A program made the translations under genes and the position numbers. The notes beneath the pieces were generated by a model, which saw only the letters and a list, made by a program, of their open reading frames with translations, did no database searches and had not been told where the DNA came from. Below are positions 19,298 to 28,108 of a DNA stretch of 64,000 bases, one piece after another. How positions within the stretch are numbered: position 1 is the first letter of the stretch; each line of letters starts with the position of its first letter. Source of the stretch: Chloroflexota bacterium (GTDB lineage Bacteria; Chloroflexota; UBA11872; VXOZ01); NCBI GenBank assembly GCA_965221905.1, contig OZ244922.1:704001-768000 (forward strand), read 5' to 3'.

Positions 19298-19657
19298 GAT
19301 TATTCTCCTATGGGTCTGAGTTCCGATGCTGTGTCGTGTCAGGTGATTCTGTGGAGTTTCGGCCACAATCTTTGCTGCGATCCTCCGCCGCACCGAGACA
19401 GAGGATTGTCTTCGTTCCAAAATGATGAAACGTCACGTAAAGATTTCTCGTAGCTGCCTGAAGTCTCCACCATGACCGAGCGGGCAATTGCGCTTAACCT
19501 CAAAGCCCTTTACGAGACCTTTGAATAACCCAGTCATTTCGGCGAAAATCGGTATTCAGAGCTGCATGGGTAGTTTCCGATAGCTTGCCGTCAGGCACTT
19601 TCGCCCCTATCCCAACCTTCCCCCATCAAGGAGGAAGGGATTTCCCGATGGTCTCCC

Positions 19658-20995
19658 TTAAGTGACTGCCATCACTGTGCTTGGTTCCGGCCGCACGCCC
19701 TGGCGCAAGAGCGTGTGAATGGCATCCTCCGCCACTTGGAGCGTCCGGTCGATATCGGCATCAGTATGGGCAAAGCTGACGTGGTTGCGCTTGATATTCA
19801 TAGGCAACTTGAAGACGCCCCGTTTGATGCACTCTTGGCGGTAACGCACGAAGAAGTCGGCGTCATTTTGCAGCAGGTCCGTGAAATTGCGTGCGGGACC
19901 ATCCATAAAGTAGGTAACGAACACAGAGCCAAACCCTTCGACGACGGCGGGAACGCCCGCGTTGTCCATTACTTCTGTCAATCCCGCGCGGATCCGGTCG
20001 CCCAGGCGGAAGATTTCCTTGTGTACGCCCTGTGTTTCCATGATCTCGATGGTGGCGAGGGCCGCCACGGTGCCGACGGCGTGACCGTTATACGTACCGG
20101 CAAAGAATGTATCGCCGCCGGGAGTCGTATTGAAGCGCGACATGATTTCTTTCTTGCCGCCAACGGCTGCCATCGGGAAGCCGTTGGCAATGGCTTTGCC
20201 CAGGGTAGTGAGGTCCGGCGTAACGCCCGCGATTTTCTGGTAGCCGCCGAGGTCGTGCCGGAAGCCGGTAATGACTTCGTCGAAGATGAGAACAACACCG
20301 TGCGCGTCGCTGAGTTCGCGCAGCGCTTCCAAGAAGCCCGGTTCCGGGCGCACGCAGCCGATGTTATGCGGAATTGGCTCCACGATGATGGCGGCAACCT
20401 CGCCTTCGTGCGCCATGAGGGTGTCTTCTACCTCATCGGCATCATTGAAGGTGCAGATGAGCGTGGCGTCGGCGGTTTCGTCCATCATCCCCGCCGAGAG
20501 CAGGTCTCGCTTGCCAATCATGTCAGGGGAACTGATGACGTTGCGCAAGACGGCATCGTGCCAGCCGTGGTAGCAGCCCTGGAACTTGATGATCTTCCTG
20601 CGCCCGGTGTACGCGCGGGCGGCGCGCAAGGCATGAAAAGTCGCTTCCGATCCGGCGTTCGTGAACAGGACTTGCTCGATTGACGGGACGTGCTCAACAA
20701 TCTTCTTAGCGAGCGCGATTTCCTGTGGTGTCGCGCCGACGCCGTAGAGGTCCGTCTCCCACAGCGCTTCTTCAACTCGTGCGACCACTACGGGATGCAC
20801 GTGACCCAGAATGAAGGGGCCAAAGGCGGCGTGGTAGTCGATAAACTCATTTCCATCCACGTCCCAGATGCGAGCGCCCTCGGCGCGGTTGAATACCAGC
20901 CGGGGTTCAATATTGCGGATAGACGTATGGACGCCGCCGGGCGCGTACGCCTCGGCTTCCGCGAAGAGTGCTGCACTTTGCTCCGTTCGTACCAT
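19658..20995 (-). CDS. Class III PLP aminotransferase (glutamate-1-semialdehyde aminomutase-like)
   Basis: PGGVHT, WDVDGNEFIDY, KFQGCYHGWHD, LIFDEVITGFR, LGKAIANGFP. Confidence 0.9.
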   Translation of the reverse strand: MVRTEQSAALFAEAEAYAPGGVHTSIRNIEPRLVFNRAEGARIWDVDGNEFIDYHAAFGPFILGHVHPVVVARVEEALWETDLYGVGATPQEIALAKKIVEHVPSIEQVLFTNAGSEATFHALRAARAYTGRRKIIKFQGCYHGWHDAVLRNVISSPDMIGKRDLLSAGMMDETADATLICTFNDADEVEDTLMAHEGEVAAIIVEPIPHNIGCVRPEPGFLEALRELSDAHGVVLIFDEVITGFRHDLGGYQKIAGVTPDLTTLGKAIANGFPMAAVGGKKEIMSRFNTTPGGDTFFAGTYNGHAVGTVAALATIEIMETQGVHKEIFRLGDRIRAGLTEVMDNAGVPAVVEGFGSVFVTYFMDGPARNFTDLLQNDADFFVRYRQECIKRGVFKLPMNIKRNHVSFAHTDADIDRTLQVAEDAIHTLLRQGVRPEPSTVMAVT

Positions 20996-21325
20996 TGCAG
21001 TATCCTTTTTGGCTCTGAAAATTCGTTAGCAAGCCCTAACCAATGCGTAGCTGTCTTAAAAATTCTGTGCCAACTAGCACCATAATAGCGGAAAATCTCG
21101 TTGCACACTGGCAAAGGCCGGGGGTGTGGAGCGAGCGCAATTGAGATGTGGGTCGCGGTCTAAGAGGGTGTTTCCAAAAGTGTTGTCTGCACGAGTAACG
21201 TTCGCCCCCGTATCAAGTACGGGACAGGCTCTGAGCTTGTTGAAGGGCAGTTCATACTTCGACAGGCTCAGCACGAACGGTTTTCATGGGCTTTGCAAAC
21301 AGCCTCTAAGACCTGCTCAGGCGCA

Positions 21326-22360
21326 TCAGCGGGAGAGCACAGTCCGCTCCCGCTCCGCCAGCGGCAGGTATACGCGCGCGCCGTTGGACGCATGCGAGGC
21401 ATAGACCGCGACCGCGAGTTCGAGCGCGGCGCGTCCCGCGTGTCCGTCGGAGCGGCTGGGACGGTCTTCCTCGATGCATCGGACGATCTCTTCCACGGCT
21501 CCCTGCATGCCGCTGCGCGGGTATGCGACCAACGGGAAGGGCCGCTTTACCATGGTGCGCGTCGCAGAATCGAACGTGAAGAACTCTGCATCGCTGTTGC
21601 TGAGGCGCAGGCGGCCGGCGGTGCCGATGACGTCGATCTCAAAGATCGGGCCGCTCTGGCCGTCAATAAAGCCCATCGCGCCGTTGTGGAAACCCACGTA
21701 GGCAGTGCCGCCGGCATCCAGTGCTATATCGGCGCCGGACGCGAGACTGCCCATCACCCAGGCCGCCGTACTCTGACTAAAGTTCAGCATCGCGTCCAGC
21801 CAGTGGATGCCCGTATGCACGAGTTCACCGGCGAAATGAACTGAGACGGTGCGAACATTGCCGATCCGGCCCTCTTGAATGAGCGCGAGCGCCGTTTCGT
21901 AGTAAGGGTCCCAGCGCCGCGTGTGGTTGATGACGAGCTTGACGTTGTGTTCTTCGCAGGCCGCAATCATGGCGTCGGCTTCGGAGAGACTGGTGGCAAT
22001 GGCTTTCTCGCAAAAGACTGCCTTTACGCCCGCTTGAACCGCCGCTTGTGTCACCGGCGCATGCAGCGGCGCGTGCGTACAGACGCTCACGATGTCAAGG
22101 TTTTCGTTCTGCAGCATTTCCTCATATGACGCATACGCTGCAATATCGCCGAACACGGGCCGCCATCGCTCCAGATATGCCGCAGTCTTTTGCGAGTCGA
22201 TGTCAGCCACGGCACAGACGCGTGTCTGCGGCACCGCCGCGTATGCATGCGTATGAGAGTAAGGCAGCAGCATACGTCCCGCGTAGCCGGCTACTTCATC
22301 CTGAATGCTGCTGGCTACGCGCCCCAGACCGACAATGCCTACGCGGTACGTCGCTGCCAT
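21326..22360 (-). CDS. Gfo/Idh/MocA oxidoreductase
   Basis: VGIVGLGRVA Rossmann motif, FCEKAIA, NHTRRW, GIHWLD. Confidence 0.92.
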   Translation of the reverse strand: MAATYRVGIVGLGRVASSIQDEVAGYAGRMLLPYSHTHAYAAVPQTRVCAVADIDSQKTAAYLERWRPVFGDIAAYASYEEMLQNENLDIVSVCTHAPLHAPVTQAAVQAGVKAVFCEKAIATSLSEADAMIAACEEHNVKLVINHTRRWDPYYETALALIQEGRIGNVRTVSVHFAGELVHTGIHWLDAMLNFSQSTAAWVMGSLASGADIALDAGGTAYVGFHNGAMGFIDGQSGPIFEIDVIGTAGRLRLSNSDAEFFTFDSATRTMVKRPFPLVAYPRSGMQGAVEEIVRCIEEDRPSRSDGHAGRAALELAVAVYASHASNGARVYLPLAERERTVLSR

Positions 22361-22624
22361 GAGCTGCTTGCCCTCCTACCGGACTACCGTATTCTTGCCG
22401 TGTGTCTCTCAATGTCATGTATCTTACACATTTTGCACTCTACCTTGCACACTTCCTCGACCAAGCTGCCTCCAACACGGGGATGGACGTTGATTAGAGA
22501 TTCGCACCGCGCATAGGACGCACCGACCGCGAACTAGCCCCAACACTTGCAGACCGTTACAATGATTGTGATTCCGAGCGCATCTTCCGCACGAGCCACA
22601 GGTCAAAGAGGTGACGCCACCAAC

Positions 22625-23509
22625 GTGCTTCCTGAACGAACTGATACTCCATTGCAGTCATTCCGCATCGGACTTGCGCAGATCAACCCGCACCTTGGGG
22701 ATGTCTCGCGCAATATCCAGAAGCACTTGGACGTGATTGCCCAGGCGAAGGCGCAAGCCGTTGACCTGCTCGTGTTTCCCGAGCTTTCCCTCCACGGATA
22801 CTTCTTGGAAGACCTCGTGCCGGAGACGGCGTGCCGGTTGGATGACCCTCGATTGGAGCCGCTCTTCGCTGCCGGCGAGCGCATGAGCCTTCTCTTCGGC
22901 ATGGTTGAGGAGTCCTCCGACCACCGCTTCTACAACAGCGGCGTGTACCTGGAAGCCGGTCGCGTGCACCACGTGCACCGCAAGGTGTACCTCGCCACCT
23001 ACGGCATGTTTGACGAAGGACGTTACCTGGCGGCTGGCGAGCATCTGCGCGCTTACGACACGCGGTTTGGCCGCTGCGGTACGCTGATTTGTGAAGACTT
23101 CTGGCACCCGTCGGCGGTGAGCATGGTGCATGCCGACGGCGCCGATCTGGTCCTCGGCATCTCGAGCGGTCCCGGTCGCGGGGTGTCCGGCGAGTCGCAA
23201 GACCTGCGCAGCGCGCAGACCTGGCACAACCTCAACAACCTCTACGCTCGCATGTTTACGAGTTTCGTTGCCTACTGCAACCGCGTCGGCTACGAGGACG
23301 GCGTCAACTTTTGGGGCGGTTCGGAGGTCGTAGGCCCGGACGGCACAGTGCTCGTGCGCGCGCCATACTTCGAGGAGACGCTGGTTACGGCGGATATCTC
23401 CGCCAATGCCTTGCGCCGCCAGCGGTCGCTCTTGCCCTTGCTGCGGGATGAGCGGCTGGACCTCACGTATCGCGAGTTGCGCCGCATCTATCGCGAGCGG
23501 TACGCATGA
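22625..23509 (+). CDS. Nitrilase-family amidohydrolase; probable glutaminase subunit of NAD+ synthetase
   Basis: E-K-C triad (FPEL, HRKVYL, ICEDFW); ATGA overlap with nadE. Confidence 0.9.
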   Translation: MLPERTDTPLQSFRIGLAQINPHLGDVSRNIQKHLDVIAQAKAQAVDLLVFPELSLHGYFLEDLVPETACRLDDPRLEPLFAAGERMSLLFGMVEESSDHRFYNSGVYLEAGRVHHVHRKVYLATYGMFDEGRYLAAGEHLRAYDTRFGRCGTLICEDFWHPSAVSMVHADGADLVLGISSGPGRGVSGESQDLRSAQTWHNLNNLYARMFTSFVAYCNRVGYEDGVNFWGGSEVVGPDGTVLVRAPYFEETLVTADISANALRRQRSLLPLLRDERLDLTYRELRRIYRERYA

Positions 23510-24366
23510 TGAGAGAATCCAAGTCAGACCTCATCGCGAAGGCGCGCACCGCGCTGGACATCAACCTGCCGCTCACCGAGCAGATTCTGCAAAGTTTCAT
23601 CCGGAATGAGGTGCATAAATTCGGCTTTGAGCGCGCGGTGCTGAATCTCTCCGGCGGCATAGACTCCGCGCTCTCCGCCTATTTGGCCGCCGGGGCCTTG
23701 GGGCCGGAGAACGTGCTGGCGCTGTTGCTGCCCTATCGAGAGTCAAACCCCGACAGCCGGAGCGATGCCGAGGCTGTGGTTACGGCGCTGGGCATACCAT
23801 CCAAGCTCATCGACATTACGCCGCTGGTGGACCCCTATTTTGCAGAGTTTGCCGAGATGGACGTGAAGCGGCGCGGCAACGTGATGGCGCGGGCGCGCAT
23901 GATCATCCTCTACGACCACTCCGTCGAATTCGACAGTTTGCCGCTGGGTACGAGCAATAAGACTGAGCTGCTCTTGGGCTATAGCACGCTGCACGGTGAC
24001 ATGGCGAGCGCCGTGAATCCGATTGGCGATCTTTACAAGACCCAGGTGCGGCAATTGTCCCGCCATCTGGGAATTCCGAGGCCAATTATAGAAAAACCGC
24101 CGAGCGCGGACCTGTGGCCGGGGCAATCGGACGAAGGCGAATTAGGGTTTTCGTACGAAGACGTTGACCACGTGCTCTACTTGCTGGTGGACGAGCGCTA
24201 CCGCCCTGAAGAGCTGATAGCGGCCGGAATCGACAAGGAGTTCGTGGATTACGTGACGCGGGTGGTGCAGTCGACGCAATACAAGCGGCGTCCGCCCATC
24301 ATCGCCAAGCTCTCGCAACGCACGATCGAGCGCGACTTTCGCTATCCGCGCGACTGGGGACGCTGA
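23506..24366 (+). CDS. nadE: NAD+ synthetase
   Basis: [48 protein letters not shown]. Confidence 0.96.
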   Translation: MMRESKSDLIAKARTALDINLPLTEQILQSFIRNEVHKFGFERAVLNLSGGIDSALSAYLAAGALGPENVLALLLPYRESNPDSRSDAEAVVTALGIPSKLIDITPLVDPYFAEFAEMDVKRRGNVMARARMIILYDHSVEFDSLPLGTSNKTELLLGYSTLHGDMASAVNPIGDLYKTQVRQLSRHLGIPRPIIEKPPSADLWPGQSDEGELGFSYEDVDHVLYLLVDERYRPEELIAAGIDKEFVDYVTRVVQSTQYKRRPPIIAKLSQRTIERDFRYPRDWGR

Positions 24367-24744
24367 TAATGCCGCTTTCTTCGCAGTGGGAGAGTGTTCG
24401 CGAGACTTAGATCGGGGGCACGGAATCCCCTCTCCATCGAGGGAGAGGGCAAGGGTGAGGGTGGATTTTCCGTAATTCGGCCTTGCCCCGTCTGCATGGC
24501 GACAATATGCAAAGCCTAGCTGCAATTGATGCGGAAGTTTCCGTGGGCCGGACTTGCAGCGGATGGCCAACATAGTATGCATTGCATTTGCGTAGCGCAG
24601 GTTTGTAACCTGCGCCGGCTTGCAGGTGTATCGCAAGATGTGCTCGCCGCGAAGAGAACCGGTACGGTGCTTGCCTTAATCGGCTTTCGTTGGCGGCGGT
24701 AATACGTCTCTGGCGGCGGGATTCAGAAAGGCGTTACCAGGACG

Positions 24745-25425
24745 ATGTCCGGCCTGCTTTACGTAGTGGCTACACCCATCGGCAACCTGGAAGACATTAC
24801 CCTACGCGCTGTCCGAATCCTGCGCGAGGCGGACGTAGTCGCCGCCGAGGATACGCGCCACACGCGAAAACTCCTGGCGCATCTGGACATTCACACGCCC
24901 CTCACCAGTTTTCACGCCCATAGCGGCACTGCCCGCTTGGAGCGCATTCTCCGTACCTTGGAGGAAGGCAAGAGTGTGGCGCTGGTCACGGATGCCGGCA
25001 CGCCGGGCATTGCCGACCCCGGACAGCCGCTTATCGCTGCCGCCGTAGAAAAAGGGATTTTGGTTGTCCCGGTGCCGGGACCGTCGGCAGCCGTTGCTGC
25101 CGTGTCCATTGCCGGGTTTCCGGGGAGCATGTTCTGCTTTCTGGGATTCTTGCCGCGCCGCTCGTCGCGACGCAAGCGTTTGTTGGAAAGCGTGGCGGAC
25201 CTGCCGGTTACGCTCGTAATCTATGCCTCGCCCTATCGCGTGGTAGACGACTTGGAAGCATGCCAGGCGTGCCTCGGCGATCGCGAAGTCGTGATCGCGC
25301 GCGAGCTAACCAAGTTCCACGAGGAAGTTCTGCGGGGTACGATTGCGGAGATGATCGCGCACTACGCGCAGCATCAACCACGGGGCGAGTTTACCCTGGC
25401 GATACGGGGTGTGGGCGTGCGCTAG
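24745..25425 (+). CDS. rsmI: 16S rRNA C1402 2'-O-methyltransferase
   Basis: LYVVATPIGNLEDITLRA, AEDTR, DAGTPGIADPG, ARELTKFHEE. Confidence 0.95.
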   Translation: MSGLLYVVATPIGNLEDITLRAVRILREADVVAAEDTRHTRKLLAHLDIHTPLTSFHAHSGTARLERILRTLEEGKSVALVTDAGTPGIADPGQPLIAAAVEKGILVVPVPGPSAAVAAVSIAGFPGSMFCFLGFLPRRSSRRKRLLESVADLPVTLVIYASPYRVVDDLEACQACLGDREVVIARELTKFHEEVLRGTIAEMIAHYAQHQPRGEFTLAIRGVGVR

Positions 25426-25648
25426 GGAGCGTATAATTCACGGTGATACGTCTTGAGGGAATCGGACAATTTCGGCTTCGCGTGCGCACAGCGTAATGTG
25501 AGCGGAGCGGAAAATTGCACGTTGGAAGTGACCCCGTAGGGGCACGATATGTTGTGCCCTTAGGCTGGAAGCGCAGGCACTAATCGGGCTCGCGAGAATA
25601 CGAGACGCGGCTAACGGCATACCAAATTACAAAAGGGAGCACGTACAC

Positions 25649-26890
25649 ATGAGTGAGAAACTGGCGCGCGACGGCGGTACGCCGGTGCGCACGGCGCCAT
25701 TTCCCACCTGGCCGGTCTGGGATGGTGCGGACGAGAAAGCGCTGCTGGGAGTATTGCGGTCCGGAGTGTGGGGGCGCAACGCCGGCACGCAGACGGAGGC
25801 ATTCGAGGAGGAATTCGCGGCCTTCCAGGGCACAACGTATTGTATTGCGGTGGTCAACGGCACGTGCGCTTTAGAATTAGGACTGCGCGTGCTGGACGTG
25901 GAGTATGGCGACGAGGTGATCGTGCCGTCTTACACGTTTGTCGCCACACCAGCGGCGCCGCTCTTCTTGGGCGCAATTCCCGTGTTCGCTGACATTGACC
26001 CCGACACATTCGAGCTCGATCCCGCTTCGGTGGAAGCCGCCATTACGCCTCGCACCAAAGCGATCATTCCGGTGCATATCGCCGGTCAGCCGCCCGACAT
26101 GGACGGCATCCTGGCGGTTGCGGCCAAGCACAACTTGCGCGTGCTGGAGGATGCGGCGCAGGCCCACGGCGCTGCCTGGCGCGATCAAGGGGTGGGCGGC
26201 GTCGGCGATCTCGGTAGTTTCAGCTTTCAGTCCAGCAAGAATCTCAATGCCGGTGAAGGCGGCGCGATTTGTACGAATGACCAGGAGCTGGCCGAGCTGA
26301 CGTGGTCGCTCATGAACGTGGGCCGCCTGCGGGAAGGCGCCTGGTATCAGCACGAGCGGCTGGGCTGGAACTACCGCCTCAGCGAGTTTCACGGCGCGCT
26401 GCTGCGGGCGCAACTCACCCGTGTGCCCGAGCAAATGGCACGGCGCGAGTCCAACGCGAGTTACCTAGATACGCATTTGGCGGAGATACCCGGTATTTCG
26501 CCGCAATACCGTCCGCCGCACGTGACCGGTCACGCCCACCACCTCTACATGTTCCGCTACGAGAAGGCGGACTTTGGCGGTAACGACCGCGCCGCGTTCA
26601 TCAAGACGCTCAGCGCGGAAGGCATTCCGTGCTCTCCAGGCTACGACTGGCCCTGCCATGAGCAGAACGCCGTCAAGAATTCAGTACGCGACATTCTGCA
26701 AAAGCTTGGGCGAACCGACGATCCGCTGGACCGCCCTCTGCCTAATACCGACCGCATCTCTCACGAGGAAGGCGTGTGGCTGCCGCAGAGCGCGTTGCTC
26801 GCCACTGAGCAGGATATGCAGCAGATCGTCGACGCCGTGGCGAAAGTGCAACAGGCGTTTAGCATGGAGAGAGCCGCAGAGCGGGTCTGA
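25649..26890 (+). CDS. DegT/DnrJ/EryC1/StrS PLP aminotransferase
   Basis: NGTCALE, EDAAQAHGA, SFSFQSSKNLNAGEGG. Confidence 0.95.
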   Translation: MSEKLARDGGTPVRTAPFPTWPVWDGADEKALLGVLRSGVWGRNAGTQTEAFEEEFAAFQGTTYCIAVVNGTCALELGLRVLDVEYGDEVIVPSYTFVATPAAPLFLGAIPVFADIDPDTFELDPASVEAAITPRTKAIIPVHIAGQPPDMDGILAVAAKHNLRVLEDAAQAHGAAWRDQGVGGVGDLGSFSFQSSKNLNAGEGGAICTNDQELAELTWSLMNVGRLREGAWYQHERLGWNYRLSEFHGALLRAQLTRVPEQMARRESNASYLDTHLAEIPGISPQYRPPHVTGHAHHLYMFRYEKADFGGNDRAAFIKTLSAEGIPCSPGYDWPCHEQNAVKNSVRDILQKLGRTDDPLDRPLPNTDRISHEEGVWLPQSALLATEQDMQQIVDAVAKVQQAFSMERAAERV

Positions 26891-26933
26891 GCGGTTGCGT
26901 TTGCACGGTAATCCCACGCTGAAGTTGGACTTT

Positions 26934-27203
26934 GTAGCGCGGGGGCTTGTCCCCCGCTCCGAACGGCGCACAAGAGAGATTGTATCCACTCTCCCCGTTC
27001 GTGCTGAGCTTGTCGAAGCATAAACGGGGAGAATGCCACTTTGACCCGCCAGGCGGATCCGTAATCGTTCACCCTTCGACGCCACTCACGGCGAACGGAA
27101 CGCTAGAGATCGAAAATGCGTAGCGCGGGGGCTTGTTCCCCCGCTCCGGACAGTTCGTTTACGGCGCGGAGAAGATGGATTCCCGCGTGCGCGGGAATGA
27201 CGG
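26934..27203. repeat. Cluster of mixed REP-like elements
   Basis: GTAG-type at 26934 and 27120; CCGTTCGTGCTGAGCTTGTCGAAGCATAAACGG type at about 26995 and 27066; CGTC-type at 27176. Confidence 0.8.
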
Positions 27204-27330
27204 GTGGAGCGTTGTCTCTTCTACCAAAATGGGTTAAGTGCGATCATGTGCGTGCGGACGGAAGGTGGTTTGCACTGAACGGGATGGAAGACACATGAGT
27301 TTGTCCTTAGCCGAGCCTACCTGACCTTGA

Positions 27331-27906
27331 TTGTGGTCCGAAATGCGGGTCTCCGCAGCGCAGGAATACTATTGGAGTCAACTCTTGGTCGACCCATCGT
27401 TTGAAACCTCCATCACACTGCCTACACTCGGCACTGTGCGCTTCCACTGTCTGCGCACCACGGACGCGGACCTGCTCTACGCGTTTTTCAAGAATCTGGG
27501 CCCGCGGACGCGCGCCTGGTTTCGACCGCACACCCCGTGGACGTATGCCGTGGCGCAGCTACTCGCTGGGGATGCCGAAGACCCCGACTTCATCCGCTTT
27601 CTTGCCCTCGTAGAGAGGGATGGAGAAGTGGTACCGGCGGGCTATGGATTCTTCGAAAACCTGCAATCCACCAGACCGGTCCTCGGCATTGCGGTGGCCG
27701 ACGCATTCCAAGAGTTGGGGATCGGACAAGCAATTATGCAGCACCTCAAGGCGGTAGCACGTCAATTGGACAAAAAGCGTATCATACTCACTGTAGACGG
27801 TGACAACGTGCGGGCGCAGCACGTCTACGCCAAGATGGGCTTCACAATGACACGGCTAATTCCGGGGAGCTCGCATGACGCCCGCGAGATGGAGTGCATG
27901 CTGTAG
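27331..27906 (+). CDS. GNAT N-acetyltransferase
   Basis: GIAVADAFQELGIG acetyl-CoA motif A and NVRAQHVYAKMGF. Start uncertain (27331 or 27343). Confidence 0.88.
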   Translation: MWSEMRVSAAQEYYWSQLLVDPSFETSITLPTLGTVRFHCLRTTDADLLYAFFKNLGPRTRAWFRPHTPWTYAVAQLLAGDAEDPDFIRFLALVERDGEVVPAGYGFFENLQSTRPVLGIAVADAFQELGIGQAIMQHLKAVARQLDKKRIILTVDGDNVRAQHVYAKMGFTMTRLIPGSSHDAREMECML

Positions 27907-28108
27907 CCTGTCGGTTGACGACCGCGACTCTGTATCACCTGAAAGCCTCTGGATTCCGGCTCCGTATCGAGTACGGGGGCAGGCTTTTCGCCGGAATGAC
28001 GAGAAAGGGCTGGAATGATCGGAAGTGGCCGGAAATGACCGGAAATGACCGGAGTGAAAAAAAGATAGTGTGCACTCTCTAAAGCAGCAGGAGGAGAAAA
28101 GAGATCTC

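Noticed and set aside
18218-19453. Long antisense ORFs (411 aa here; also 47467-48852, 61315-62304 and others)
   Set aside because: Shadow frames of well-supported high-GC genes on the opposite strand.
19298-19657. ZTP or THF riboswitch upstream of fhs
   Set aside because: The conserved GACUGGCG and GCCUGGGC elements were not found; the region holds REP-like repeats instead.
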